Virus record (IMG/VR): IMGVR_UViG_3300045431_000601
Coordinates: 32,001 to 96,000 of that record
Direction: 5' to 3' (one strand)
DNA length: 64,000 nt
DNA from: a virus
The notes under the pieces are model-generated. The model ran no database searches. It worked only from the letters and a program-made list of their open reading frames with translations, and had not been told where the DNA came from. Position numbers and translations under genes: made by a program. Shown here piece after piece: positions 63,999-64,000 of the stretch (position 1 is the stretch's first letter; every line of letters starts with the position of its first letter).

Positions 63999-64000
63999 AT

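Noticed and set aside
1-64000. Stop-codon reassignment (alternative genetic code)
   Set aside because: Genes are full-length and densely packed under code 11, and TAA, TAG and TGA all terminate genes at sensible boundaries.
22683-64000. Diversity-generating retroelement or invertible fibre cassette
   Set aside because: No reverse transcriptase or recombinase and no adenine-variable repeat pair or flanking inverted repeats seen in this window.
1-64000. tRNA, rRNA, integrase, terminase, portal and lysis genes
   Set aside because: None recognised. Intergenic gaps are mostly too short for RNA genes; terminase and portal probably lie outside the window.

Overview
AT-rich fragment of a large, probably lytic, tailed dsDNA bacteriophage. 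It is siphovirus-like: there is a tail tube and a 2191-aa tape measure, and no sheath gene in the tail module. The standard genetic code is used. The + strand (597-22680) carries a nucleotide-sugar/glycosyltransferase cluster (GT25-, GT32- and GT2-like enzymes, a GDP-mannose epimerase, Gmd), then a replication/recombination module (RecA/UvsX, DnaB, ThyX, primase, Cas4-like nuclease, a Pol III alpha split into PHP and core genes with a DEDDh exonuclease gene between them, a Whirly-like SSB), then further GT4/GT9-like, methyltransferase and annealase-like genes. These + strand genes are driven by sigma70-type promoters that appear to give leaderless mRNAs. The - strand (64000-22683) is the virion morphogenesis module: Ig-like/Cys-rich accessory proteins, protease-scaffold, decoration protein, major capsid, neck, tail tube, chaperones, tape measure, tail tip and two collagen-like fibres. 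Transcription units there are marked by a recurrent GTGTAA motif, a putative phage late promoter. The most unusual signals are: (i) a tape measure with four IPNF-type motifs bracketing a nuclease-like insert; (ii) a 7-bp tandem repeat that creates the tail-tube stop codon in front of an in-frame, 80%-GC, G-quadruplex-like extension; (iii) a glycan pathway alongside Thr-rich collagen and PT-repeat virion proteins; (iv) a GT9 fold split over two overlapping genes; (v) a nested scaffold gene with its own promoter. All family assignments come from motif recognition by eye, not database searches.
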